Shown here: positions 38,711 to 50,719 of the stretch, in pieces | Layout: each line of letters begins with the position of its first letter | How positions within the stretch are numbered: position 1 is the stretch's first letter | From: Eledone cirrhosa | Taxonomy: Eukaryota | Assembly: GCA_964016885.1 (NCBI GenBank) | Contig: OZ024747.1 | Span: forward strand, 27,652,001 to 27,716,000 | Reading direction: 5' to 3' | DNA: 64,000 nt | Program-made: the position numbers and the translations under genes | Notes under the pieces: model-generated | Told to the model about the DNA's origin: nothing | Databases searched by the model: none | Seen by the model: the letters and a program-made list of their open reading frames with translations, nothing else

Positions 38711-38850
38711 TCTATCTCTCTATCTATCTAAGGCGGGTAAAATTCCCGAGATCCATGGACAAGTTCTCTCCAGCGGTCTCTGTCCCTCATTATCGCTGCC
38801 ATGTCCTGCATCTCCAACAGACCAGTGTCTGTCCTTAGGGCATCAACATA
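38711..38850 (-). mobile_element. 3' terminal fragment of another LINE (RTE-like) with (GATA)n tail; a second copy lies at 49040-49105
   Basis: Minus-strand translation [40 protein letters not shown]. Confidence 0.7.
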
Positions 38851-39417
38851 TATATATAAAATTGTTAATGTTGGTATGCATGAATGGTAGTAGGTTTAAG
38901 AGAATCAGATATTGTATGCAAGCAAGAGAGAAGACTGCACTACTGGTATAAACATATGATGATCATTACGTGAAGCATCAAGAGATCCTGGTCGAAGGGA
39001 GCTGCAACAGGAAGCTTTGAGGAAGACTGAGAAAAATCTCAGTCAATATAGTTATAGCTGATCTCAAAATGTCAAACCTCACAGAAAAGATGACGAAGGA
39101 ATACATCAAGTGGAGGGTGGTTGTGCTGTACCAAACCCATCCACTCCATGGAAACAGAAAGCTGGACATAAAATGATGATGATGATGATATATAAAGTAT
39201 ATTAGAAAGTTGGTTGTTGAACAGTGAAACATTGTCCAATATAAGAGGCACCACTTCAACAAAACAGGAAAATGCTGTCGAAAGATAATGTTTAGTGGAG
39301 AGGAAATGTTTAATTATAAAAAATCTAGTTGAATCCAAACTTTGCAGGATGTGACTTGAAAAGTGGGCTGTTGGGTTTTTTGTGTTGGTTTTTCGTTGTT
39401 TTATTATTATTATTATT

Positions 39418-39645
39418 AAGGGCAGTGGATTGGCAGTATCAATAAAGGATTGAACAACAGGCTTTATAGCATATAATTATAGCCCTTTATGTTCCGAGTT
39501 CAAATCCCACCGAGGTTAGCTTTGCTTTTCATCCTAATGGGGTTGATAAAATAAAGTACCAGTAATGCACTGGAATCGATTTAGTCAACTTCCCCTTTCC
39601 TTCAAATTGCTGACCTTGTGCCAAATGTAGAAACAATTATTATTA
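39418..39645 (+). mobile_element. tRNA-derived SINE copy
   Basis: TGGCAGTATC..GAGTTCAAATCCC..TTTCATCC..GATAAAATAAAGTACCAG..CCTTGTGCCAAATGTAGAAAC. Confidence 0.85.
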
Positions 39646-40145
39646 TTATTGTTGTTGTTGTTGTTTGTAATAGTTTAGATCAAAGGCTCTCAACGGGGGG
39701 TATATTGTTTCCGGGGGAGGGGCGTTTCGGAACTCCGAGGGAGGGGGAGCAAAGGGGCGTTAGGAGCTTTGAGGGGCACTGGAAGGCTCTTTACTTTGGT
39801 AAGTTTTATAAGCCATATTTGTAGGTCTTTAAGACAGCCAGTGTGAATGCATTTGAATGAGCATGGAGATAGCATAATTATGGTCTGACAGCAGCTGAAA
39901 GCAGGCGTGTCTACACATTAACTGGCAATTGAGATCCTAACAATGGAAAAACCCACAGTCAACTGGGTCAAGGACACTTTGAGCGCAGCCAGTTAGAATC
40001 TTGTCTTCCCTTCACTGATAACAATGTATTTCATGTCTGAAATTATTGACTCAACCGTAACGAGTTAACACTATGTAGATCTATTTTATTCCCTATTGTA
40101 TAAATAATATTACAAATAAAAAAACAAAAAAAACACGTGGGTAGC

Positions 40146-40453
40146 ACACACATCTAGGACCACATACAACACATAATCAGATAATACACACATCTAGGAC
40201 CACATACAACACATAAGCAGGTAATACACGCATCTAGGACCACATACAACACATAAGCAGGTAATACACACATCTAGGCCCACATGCAACACATAAGCAG
40301 GTAATACATACAGCTGGGACCACAAGCAATACATAAGCAAGGATATACATACATCTAGGACCACATACAACACACAGGCAGGTAATACATACAGCTGAGA
40401 CCACAAGCAATACATAAGCAGGTAATACATACATCTAGGACCAAATACAACAC
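40146..40453. repeat. 40-bp minisatellite (about 7.7 copies) inside the hAT element
   Basis: Unit ACACACATCTAGGACCACATACAACACATAAGCAGGTAAT. Confidence 0.92.
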
Positions 40454-40455
40454 TC

Positions 40456-41502
40456 ATTGTATCATGTGCTACAGACGACGCAAGAGCAATGGTCGACCAA
40501 CATAAGGATTTTATCACTCTTCTGAAGAGAGAAAATCTATCTGTATTTGTTGTTCATTGTGTCATTCATCGACAACACTTGGCTACAAAGAAACTCAGCA
40601 AGCTGCTGAGCAAGTCCTTGCAGGTGGCCATTGATGTCATCAATTTTATCAAACGGCATTCCCTCAATGAACGAATTTTCCGGCAACTGTGCCAAGATAA
40701 TGACGAAGAATTCGTCAAATTGCTCCTTCATAATGAAGTGAGGTGGCTTTCAAAGGGCAAGTGCCTTACTCACTTCTTTGAACTGTTCGACTATCATTGA
40801 GTTTCTGCGAGGACGCAACACAGAATTGTACAAGAAAACCCTCGATGTGAGGCAAAACTGCGGCTACCCCATCGACATCGTCGACAAATGCAATAGCGTC
40901 ATTTTGGCTTTGCAGGGGAAGAAGATCACCTTGCTTAAAGCAAAGAATGCTGTGAAAACGTTCCTGGCCAAATTGAATGTCATCGAAAGGAATCTTTGTT
41001 GACGGGAATTCTATAATTTTCCTAGTGTCGCCAATGTTCAAAACATTGTAAGCGATGACCAACTCAAAATTTATACCGCTCACCTCCGTGCGCTACAAGA
41101 CAACATGAGAGAACGGTTTGTCGACCTTTTGCCGATGGACATCCCAATGTGGGTAGCAGATCCCTTCATAGCTAACGTTGATGATTTGGACGTTATATTT
41201 CAGGAAGAATTCATTGAACTTCAAGCAGATGACATGATCAAAATTAGATTTTCCAAAATGGATGCAAGAGGAAATTCAGTGTCGATTTCCACTCCTACAT
41301 GCAGAGGCTAAGAGATTTGCTCTGCCTTTTCCAAGCTCATACTTAGTCAAGAGGAGGTTTGGTGCTGTTTCCAGCCTTCACAGTAAGGCTCGCAACCGCT
41401 ACAATGTGATTACACGTGGAGATCTCCGGCTACATCTTACGAAAAATCCAGCCTGACGTCAAAGAGTTAGCTAGACTCTATAAAGTTCAAGGGTCCCATT
41501 GA
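40456..41502 (+). pseudogene. Degenerate hAT transposase C-terminal half (ZBED5/SCAND3/Buster-like)
   Basis: CATDDARAM, HCVIHRQHLA, LLLHNEVRWLSKG, FPSSYLV, GDLRLHLT, ..VQGSH*; several frameshifts and stops. Confidence 0.9.
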
Positions 41503-43236
41503 AATGAGGTCAAAGTTAAAGTAAGTTGATTTATCCGAAAACTTAGATATGCTATTGTTACAAAGCAAACTAACAATTTTTTTTATTTGTAGTTGCAGTC
41601 TGACTGGACTGGAAACCATCTACTACAATTCAATTACTCATTTGTTGTATATATTTTACCATTTAGTAATAAATATACCCTCCCGCGTGGTCATGAAAAC
41701 CCTCTTCCGTGTTCTCTAAGCTCACAAAGCAGAGAGGACATCAAGTTAGATATCAACATTTATTCTGTCCGTTTCATTAAAGGGAAAATTGGAAAGCTTA
41801 GAAATGATATAATTGCCACTTTCTTCCAGATAAGAGCACTCTTTGGAGTTGCTCTTGTATAAATGGACAAAATAGGTGGTATTGCCTGGTGGAAATATAA
41901 CAAATTCAACTGGTCCTTATTCATAAAAAAGAACATTTATGTTCCTTTTTTTGAAATTTATATATTTCCTTTCAAGGAATGTGTTTATACTCTCAGCTGC
42001 CTGCAATGGTATCTTTGGAATATTGTTAATCAATTTTTTAGTAATCTACTGATATCAAAATCAGTAGTATATTGAAAAATGGAAAAATAGGGTAGGGGGG
42101 GAGGGGCGTTTCGTGATTTTGAGGGACAAAATTTGGCCTAAATGGGTTGAGAACCTGTGGTTTAGATTATTAAAAAAATATATAGTTTAAATATTCTTTA
42201 GGATGGAAAATCACAAACTTCAGTTGTTTCAAGGATATGACAACTTCTCTAGTGCAGATGCCACAATAATATGTATCCAGTCCACTTTGTAAAGTGATGC
42301 CACAATTAGAACCTCAATAAGCAGAGTGTGGGCTAACGGATTACTAGTGAGGTTAGTAGTGCTGATTAAGTACTGATTTGGTGTGTGAAAATCTTTCAAA
42401 CCCATGTCAGTATGGAAAAAACAGATGCTAAATGATATACACCACACACACACACTAGGAAGTTACCCCACACTATGCTTTCACTCTTCCCATGCACACA
42501 TACACATGAAACAATGCTTCAGTGGTAAGGAATTATTGTGTGTGTGTGTTAGTGTGTATCACAAAAATAACATATTCTCCATATCTGACTCTCAGGCAAG
42601 GTCAAGAACCACTGCAAGTGGTTATATATTAAACAACAACAACAAATAAAAATAAATAATGACCAATGAAATCAAAGATAATTTTTCTGCAAACTACCAA
42701 CTGTTTTTGTTCATATGTGAAAGTATTTGTATAGGGAGGAAACTGGTGAGTTTAATTATAAGCTAGTGTGTGTTATGTTAAATACCATTTATCTACTGAC
42801 CCTGACTGACATGTGACAATCCTTCCAGCAATATGTTTATCACAGAACAACAAATAAAGAGATGGGAAGGATTTTATTTGTGTGTGTGTGTGTGTGTGTG
42901 TCTGTGTGTGTCTGTGTGTGTCTGTGTGTGTCAGTGTGTGTCAGTGTGTGTCTGTGTGTGTCTGTGTGTGTCTGTGTGTGTCAGTGTGTGTGTGTGTGTG
43001 TCTGTGTATGTCTGTGTGTGTGTCTGTGTATGTCTGTCTGTCTGTCTGTGTCTGTGTGTATGTGTGTGTGTATATATAGTTTAATATAGATGAGATTCTA
43101 CAGGACCAGAACTGCTTCATTCTTTAGAAATCATCATGATCCCATAAAGGGTGAAAGCAGTGATTCTTTGATGATGGTGATTATATATCATCATCAAACC
43201 CATGCTAGCTTGGAAGATGGATGTTAAACGATGATG

Positions 43237-43269
<33 letters not shown>

Positions 43270-43661
43270 CATACTCATACTTCTCGCCTCCTTCACCACC
43301 TCTTCTACGGCTTCGATATAAATACCCCCTCCGCCTCCGTGGTATTTTCTTTGGGGTTATAAGAGGCTTAGCTCTGTTTCTCGGCCGTTATATCGCGTGA
43401 CTATCTCCCCCTCCGCCTTTTGGGATTCTTTCTCACGTCGTGTAGACGCATTCTTGAAGCTAGTAAAATGAGGTATCCTCTTGATAAGTCGGCAGACCTC
43501 GCAAGGACTCTATATCTTTATGATGTATTGTTTTTGTTTATGCCACGAAACTACGTAGTCGAGGAATCTAGGAGCAGTTTAGGTATGATACATTTTATTA
43601 CTAATTATATCTAAATGTTTCTTCTCTCTTCATAATATATATATATATATATGTATGTATG

Positions 43662-43702
<41 letters not shown>

Positions 43703-43703
43703 G

Positions 43704-43748
<45 letters not shown>

Positions 43749-43837
43749 ATATATATATTATATATGTGTATATATATATATGTATGTATATATATATATG
43801 TATGTATATATATATATAGATATATATATATATATAT

Positions 43838-45631
43838 ATTGTCTTGTACAAGGGAAAGGGTAACAGGAATGATTGTGGGAACTACAGAGGTATATCATTG
43901 CTTTCTGTCGTAGGGAAAGTTTTATGTAGGGTGCTTCTGGACCGTCTGCTGACACACATTGCAGATTGTGTTCTTCCTGAAAGTCCGTCTGGTTTTCGTG
44001 CTGGATGCGGCACTACTGATATGATCTTCTCAGCTAGACAGCTCCAGGAGAAGTGCATGGAACAAGGCTTGGATCTGTATCAGGTTTTTGTCGATCTGAC
44101 AAAGGCTTTCGATACTGTTAACAGAGATGCATTATGGAAGGTTCTCCAGAAACTTGGTTGCCCTGATAAGTTCCTTGCTTTAGTTAGGTCTTTCCATGAC
44201 GATATGAAGGCTTGGGTTAATGTCGGAGGTAACATGTCGGAGCCTATCTCAGTAAAAAATGGCGTGAAACAGGGGGATATTCCAGCACCGACCCTGTTTG
44301 CCATATACTTTGCAATGGTTTTCTGTATTGCATTCAGGAATTGCGAGCATGGTGTTTACATCCGATATCGAACCTCAGGCAGCATATTTAACATCAGGCG
44401 CTTTGCTGCGAAGACAAAAGTATTTACATCAATCATAAGAGACCTCTTGTATGCAGATGATTGCGATCTTGTAGCGCACACAGAGAGTGATATGCAGCAC
44501 ATTTTGAATGCATTTTCTGACGCTTGCACTGCCCTGGGTTTGACTGTCAGTCTCAAGAAAACCGTCGTCATGTACCAACCTGCCCCTAGTAAGCAGTACA
44601 CTGAACCAAACATCTATGTGTATGGCAAACGACTTGCAGTGGTTGATCAGTTTGTCTACCTGGGAAGCACTGTCAATCGATACGGCAACCTTGACAGTGA
44701 AATCTCACTTAGGATTAGGAAAGCAAGTGATGCTTTCGGAAAGCTAGAAAGGTGACTCTGGGGTCGGCGAGACATATGCAGGAGGACAAAGGTAAAGGTG
44801 TACAGGGCAATTGTACTCTCTTGTCTTCTTTATGCCTGCGAGACCTGGGTCACATATCGACGCCACCTTAGGCAATTGGAGCATTTCCATCAGATGTGTC
44901 TCAGATGGATCCATGGCGTTCACTGGAGGGACCACATCAGTGATGTCGAGATTTTGGAAAGCTCTATGTGTGACAGTATAGAAGCTCTTGTGCTTAAGCA
45001 ACAACTCCGTTGGAGTGGTCACCTTGCCAGGATGAAGGATTCTAGAATACCAAAACAACTCTTCTATGGAGAGTTGGTTAAAGGAAAACGACCGCCACAT
45101 AAACCAAAAAAGAGGTATAAGGATTCCTTGAAAGCCTCTCTGAAAGACGCTAACATCTCTGCTGATACATGGGAAAATATTGCTGCTGATCGTAATAAAT
45201 GGAGAAAGACTGTATATGAGGGAAAAGTTGCCTTTGAGGCATCTCGAATCGCACACGAGAAAGTAAAGTGGGATGTGAGGAAGGGCATTGCTGTTGCACT
45301 TCCAGACGGCGAGGGTCCTCCTATGGTGCTGACATGCAGCGTCTGTGCGAGACTCTGCCTAAGCAAAGCTGGACTCGAAAGTCATCTTCGCAGTCATAAA
45401 GTAAGACCAGTGGTTGACTACCAGGCTGCTGTTGGAGATGCTACTCATCATGCTTGCCAAACATGTGGTAGAGAATGTAAATCAGCAGGAGGGCTCAAGC
45501 GACATGCAAAAGTACACAAACTCCAACCACAGCCGACTATTCCCAGTGAATGTTTTGGTTGCCGACTCTGTGCAAGACATTTTAGATCATTGGCTGGGCT
45601 AAAAAGCCACATTCGATCGCAGCACTGTTAG
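43838..45631 (+). pseudogene. RTE (BovB-like) LINE, 5'-truncated: RT + three C-terminal C2H2 zinc fingers; single in-frame TGA
   Basis: [40 protein letters not shown]. ORFs 43844..44755 and 44798..45631 share a frame, split by TGA at 44753-44755 (likely from CGA). Fingers CSVC..HLRSH, CQTC..HAKVH, CRLC..HIRSQH. Confidence 0.93.
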
Positions 45632-45740
45632 TTGCTATCGTGTGTGTGTGTGTAGATATGCTTATGTGCGTGCTTGTGTGTGTATATATATATATGAATA
45701 TGTATATTATTATTGTTGTGTCATTATTATTATTGTTATT

Positions 45741-46660
45741 CAGGCGCTCACAGCCCTCGACCAATCGGGCAATGTGATCGGTGGAAACTCCACCTCGGCG
45801 TTCTATAGAGGATTAATGGAGGGGAAGAGCGACGACGTACTTGGGGAAACTCTAGGCGTCGACGAAAATCAACTAGCCAATCTCTTCGGAAGAACTTTCG
45901 GGCCAGGGTCTATGGACAACTTCCAGAAATCTCTGGCCTGGCAGTGCTACCGAGGAGCCTTGCCAGTTCGGGATAAACTCTACAGGCATGGAGGTGCCGT
46001 CAGCCGGGCATGTCCGAGATGCGCGCAGGGCGACGAAACCGTCCTGCACGCACTCGTCCAGTGTCCGAAAATTGCTGACTTGTGGGTTTATGTCGAACAC
46101 CTGCTGTCGCGTTTAGGACGGATCCAGCTATCATCTGAGTCCATCGTGAGGATTTCCCCGCCCTCCTCCTTTAGCCGGGAAGGGCAGGCAGTTTTTATCT
46201 GTCTGGTGGCCATGGCGAAAGAGATAGTATGGTGGACACGTTTGAAAGGGCTGAAGACGAGCACTTACCTCTTCGGTGATGCTCTGATTGACTTTTTCAA
46301 ATTTCATTTGAAAAGGAAAATCAGAGTAGAGAGGGAAGTGCTCTCTTCCCAGCATTTTGTTGAAAGATGGGTGAGAGAAGCAAGAATGGCCCGAGTGAAT
46401 GGGCCTACTCTGAGTATATATCTGTAAATTAAAGGTGGAAAACTGGGAGAGGGCACTTGCCCTGGTGGTCAGGGCCACTGTGGTCTTTTAATGGGCTTTC
46501 TCCACAAATGTCCCTTGGAAGTCTCCCCCCTATTGGGGAATTTTTCTTTGTTATTTTATTTCAACCTCTGTTTTTTTACACGCAGAAATGCCCATTTGTA
46601 CCGTCCTGTCCTTAATGTCTACTTTATGTGAACCCTTGTGGTTAATAAAGAAAACATTAT
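45741..46660 (+). mobile_element. L1/Tx1-type LINE 3' fragment (zf-RVT region), 3' UTR, AATAAA and (ATT)n tail
   Basis: WQCYRGALPVRDKL..CPRC..ETVLHALVQC, stop at 46427, (ATT)n on both sides. A second 3'-end copy lies at approx. 46848-46910. Confidence 0.85.
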
Positions 46661-46715
46661 TATTATTGTTATTATTATTGCTATTATTATTATTATTATT
46701 ATTGTTATTAATGTA

Positions 46716-46746
<31 letters not shown>

Positions 46747-47347
46747 ATGTGTGTATGTATATATGTATGTATGTATATATATATATATATATATATTTCT
46801 TCTTTTTTTTATTTTTATTTATTTATTTATTATTATTTATTTTTTTCTGTACTGTACTGTCCTTAATGTCTACTTTATGTAAACCCTTGTGGTTAATAAA
46901 GAAAACATTATTTTTTTTTTCTTCTTCTCGTGCAATGGCCATACTCGATAACGAGGGGGCAGCCATCATATATATATATATGTATATATATATATGTATG
47001 ATTGAAGTTTAAGCAAAGATTGAAGCAAAGATTGAAGTTTAAGCAAAGATTGAAGTTTAAGCAAAGAATCGCTGCTTTCACCCTTAACGGGATCTTCTGA
47101 AACTAACAAAGTCAATCTGTAAACGCAGAAGTGGATATTTCAAAAAACGTTGCAACCAGAGGAAGACAGGAAGACGATACTTTGGCTCGTGGAAACGTTC
47201 CCTGGCAAAGAACGGGAAAAAACAAATAATACGTCATTAATAGGAGCGGTGAAAAACAATTACGCGCAAAGACAGAACCACGTTTATGGTATAAAAGAGG
47301 TCGTAGACTAATGTTCTCTTAGGTGGTGCATATATATGTACACACAC

Positions 47348-47957
47348 ATGGTGGCTGCCAACTCGTTTTCGAGTACGGCCACTACTTTATATCCATGTAG
47401 GAGAACCCCTACCGAAGCGCTGAACGAGTGTGACTTTTTAGTCCAGCCAGCAACTTGAAAACTCTGGTACAAACACTACACTTGTGACAATTATTGACAC
47501 ATAGTGCTGGGCCCATGGTACCATGTGAGGACAAGTGCAGAGAGATCTCCAGATATAAAGCAATGCCTGTGCCGTGAAGCTTTTATAGTGAGCAAAGGCA
47601 CTGCACAAAGCCAGTCCCACTCTCTTAACCAAGATGATATTTACCAAAAAGAAGAACAAGTCAACATCATTGGATACCATCAGGGTTGCAGGTGTTATAT
47701 CAGAGTTTTCCTTCTCCTAGAATTCTGCCTTGACGAACGCTAAGGGGTCATCTCTCTCGGTGATTTTGGATGGCCATTGACTCTTAAGAGCTCCTTTGCC
47801 CTTTGACAGGTTTTGTTTTTAGTCCTGCAGGATGTCCAAAGTCACCCTCCTCACCAAGAAACCTTGGTGGGGTTGCCAGTCTAGTCGCCAACGACCCGAC
47901 CATGAGACAGGTTGTACTGGGATACATGTTACCAGTAGCACCAACTGGTGACCTGAC
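47348..47957 (-). mobile_element. Bipartite non-autonomous RTE derivative (5'-UTR-like region fused to 3' tail, no ORF)
   Basis: Minus strand has RTE 5'-UTR-like motifs (GCTACTGGTAAC.., GGGTCGTTGGCGACTAGACTGGCAACCCCAC, CTAGGAGAAGGAAAACTCTGA) and ends TGGCCGTACTCGAAAACGAGTTGGCAGCCACCAT. The same tail occurs at 46936-46969 (+). Confidence 0.6.
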
Positions 47958-47961
47958 ATAC

Positions 47962-47994
<33 letters not shown>

Positions 47995-48155
47995 TACATA
48001 TATATATATACACACATACATATATATACACACACATATATATATATACACACATATATATATACACACATACATATATATATACACACACATACATACA
48101 TATATATATATATACACATACATACATATATATACACACATACATACATATATAT

Positions 48156-48186
<31 letters not shown>

Positions 48187-48601
48187 CACATACATATATA
48201 TATATATACACACATATATATATATATATATACACATACATATATATATATACACACATACATATATATATATACACACATACATATATATATATATATA
48301 TACACATACATATATATATATATACACACATACATACATATATATATATATACACATATATATATATATACACACACATATATATATATATACACACATA
48401 CATATATATACACACATACATACATATATATACACATACATATATATATATATATACACACACATACACATATATACACATACATATATATATGAAAATA
48501 TGGGTGAGTAGAATACTGCAAGTTGCACATGGATAACATGTTATAAAATGAGTCCCTCATCAGTGATTTACCAAACGATCATGGGTATTTCATCGCAACA
48601 C

Positions 48602-48632
<31 letters not shown>

Positions 48633-48663
48633 TATATATACATATACACACACATATATATAT

Positions 48664-48700
<37 letters not shown>

Positions 48701-48707
48701 CACACGC

Positions 48708-48738
<31 letters not shown>

Positions 48739-48938
48739 TATATGTGTATACACACACACATATATATGTATATACACACACACATATATATATATACACA
48801 CACATATATATATATACACACACAAATATATATATACACACACACATATATATATATATATACACATACATACACATACACACATACATATATATATATA
48901 TATACACACACACATACATACACATACACACATACATA

Positions 48939-48978
<40 letters not shown>

Positions 48979-49569
48979 CACATACATATATATATATACA
49001 CATACATATTTATATATATACACATACATATATATATATCTATCTATCTATGGCGGGTAAAATTCCGGAGTTCCATGGACAAGTTCTCTCCAGCGGTCTC
49101 TGTCATATATATTTATATATATACACATACATATATATATATACACATACATATATATATATATACACACATATATATATATATACACACATATATATAT
49201 ACACATACATATATATATATATATATACACATACATATATATATATATATACACATACATATATATATATACACATACATATATATATATACACATATAT
49301 ATATATATACACACATATATATATATACACATACATATATATATACACATACATATATATATACACATACATATATATATATATATATACACATACATAT
49401 ATATATATATACACACATACATACTTATATGTATATATATATATACACCTACATATATATATGTATGTATATGTATACACATACATACATATATGTATAT
49501 ATTTACACCTACATACATATATGTATATATTTACACCTACATACATATATGTATATATTTACACCTACA

Positions 49570-49613
<44 letters not shown>

Positions 49614-49803
49614 TACATACATATATGTATATACACATACATACATATATACACACATACACTTACATACATATACGCATATACACATATATATAATTAC
49701 ACACACATACACATACATACATATATGTATATATATACATATATATATACACACACACACATACATAGATATATGTATATATATATATGTGTGTGTGTGT
49801 GTG
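47958..49803. repeat. Compound (TA)n/(CA)n/(TACA)n microsatellite field
   Basis: Low-complexity sequence with two short unique islands (48490-48600 and 49040-49105). Confidence 0.9.
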
Positions 49804-50371
49804 TTTTCTTCAAAATTTAAACTTTCTTTTATTTTAATCTAGATCTTTCCACTTACTCTCTTCAATATGTGTGTATGTATCTATTTATATGCGTGTGTGA
49901 GTGTTACTCAATCTAGGTTCCATTTTCACGACATAAATGCGAGTATGTGTTTGTGTGAATATGTGAATGCATCTATGTGCATGTGAGTGAATGTATGTGT
50001 GTGAATATGTGTATTTATCTGTGTTTGGATGTGTGAGAATATGTTTGCTTCACTGTGTATGTGAGAGTATGTCTGCGCGTGTGTGAGTGTGTGTCTACAT
50101 GTTTGTGAATGCATGTGTGTGTGTATGTATGGGTGTGTAGTTAAGACAACAACCTATGAAAACTATATAATTGTTCAAAACAAATTAAAATTAAAACATC
50201 AGATGAGATGGAGACAGCTATTAACAATAACCTTCTCACACCTTTAACCGCATTCCCCCACTCCACATTAACCTGCTTGACACTAAACCACCCCTCGTGC
50301 TATGATACAACACTTTTATTTTAAAGCATTTATATTTATCTTTAAAAAAATTCCATTTATGTTAGTTAAAG

Positions 50372-50581
50372 TTTACTGGAAGCCCAGAGGCTAATCAGGC
50401 TGGAGCTTATCCTGGTTTCGTTAGTGTTAAAGCAATTGAGAGTGTAAGACTCCATCCTCAATAGGATGCCAGTCCACAGCAGGCCTAACTCCCAGTTGCT
50501 GCTAATTCTGATTTATTTCAGCTAAGTAAACTGGAACAACATGAAATGAAGTGACCCAAAATCAAATCCATGACCTTCCAA
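50372..50581 (-). mobile_element. Old SINE (MetaSINE-like body)
   Basis: GCTGGAGCTTATCCTGGTTTC..GGATGCCAGTCCACAGCAGG; recognised from recalled consensus only. Confidence 0.45.
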
Positions 50582-50719
50582 TTGAAGTAATTAACTTGCA
50601 TAAACTCCTGGCCATTGGCAGTGATCCTGTCTTGGTTTTTTGTAATGACTTGTGTCTTTTTGAAGTTGATTTCCATTCCATATCTAGTGGCAAATTCTCT
50701 TATGTTATTTACTAATATT

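Larger units (their letters stand above)
39681..42159 (+). mobile_element. hAT DNA transposon (Charlie/Buster group), internally rearranged
   Basis: TIRs CAAAGGCTCTCAAC / GTTGAGAACCTGTG. Perfect 8-bp TSD GTTTAGAT (39673-39680 and 42160-42167) with central TA. Subterminal GGGGAGGGGCGTTTCG near both ends. Confidence 0.92.

Noticed and set aside
44753-44755. Programmed read-through in the C2H2 RTE
   Set aside because: The context ER*LW fits ERRLW; an ordinary CpG decay nonsense mutation.
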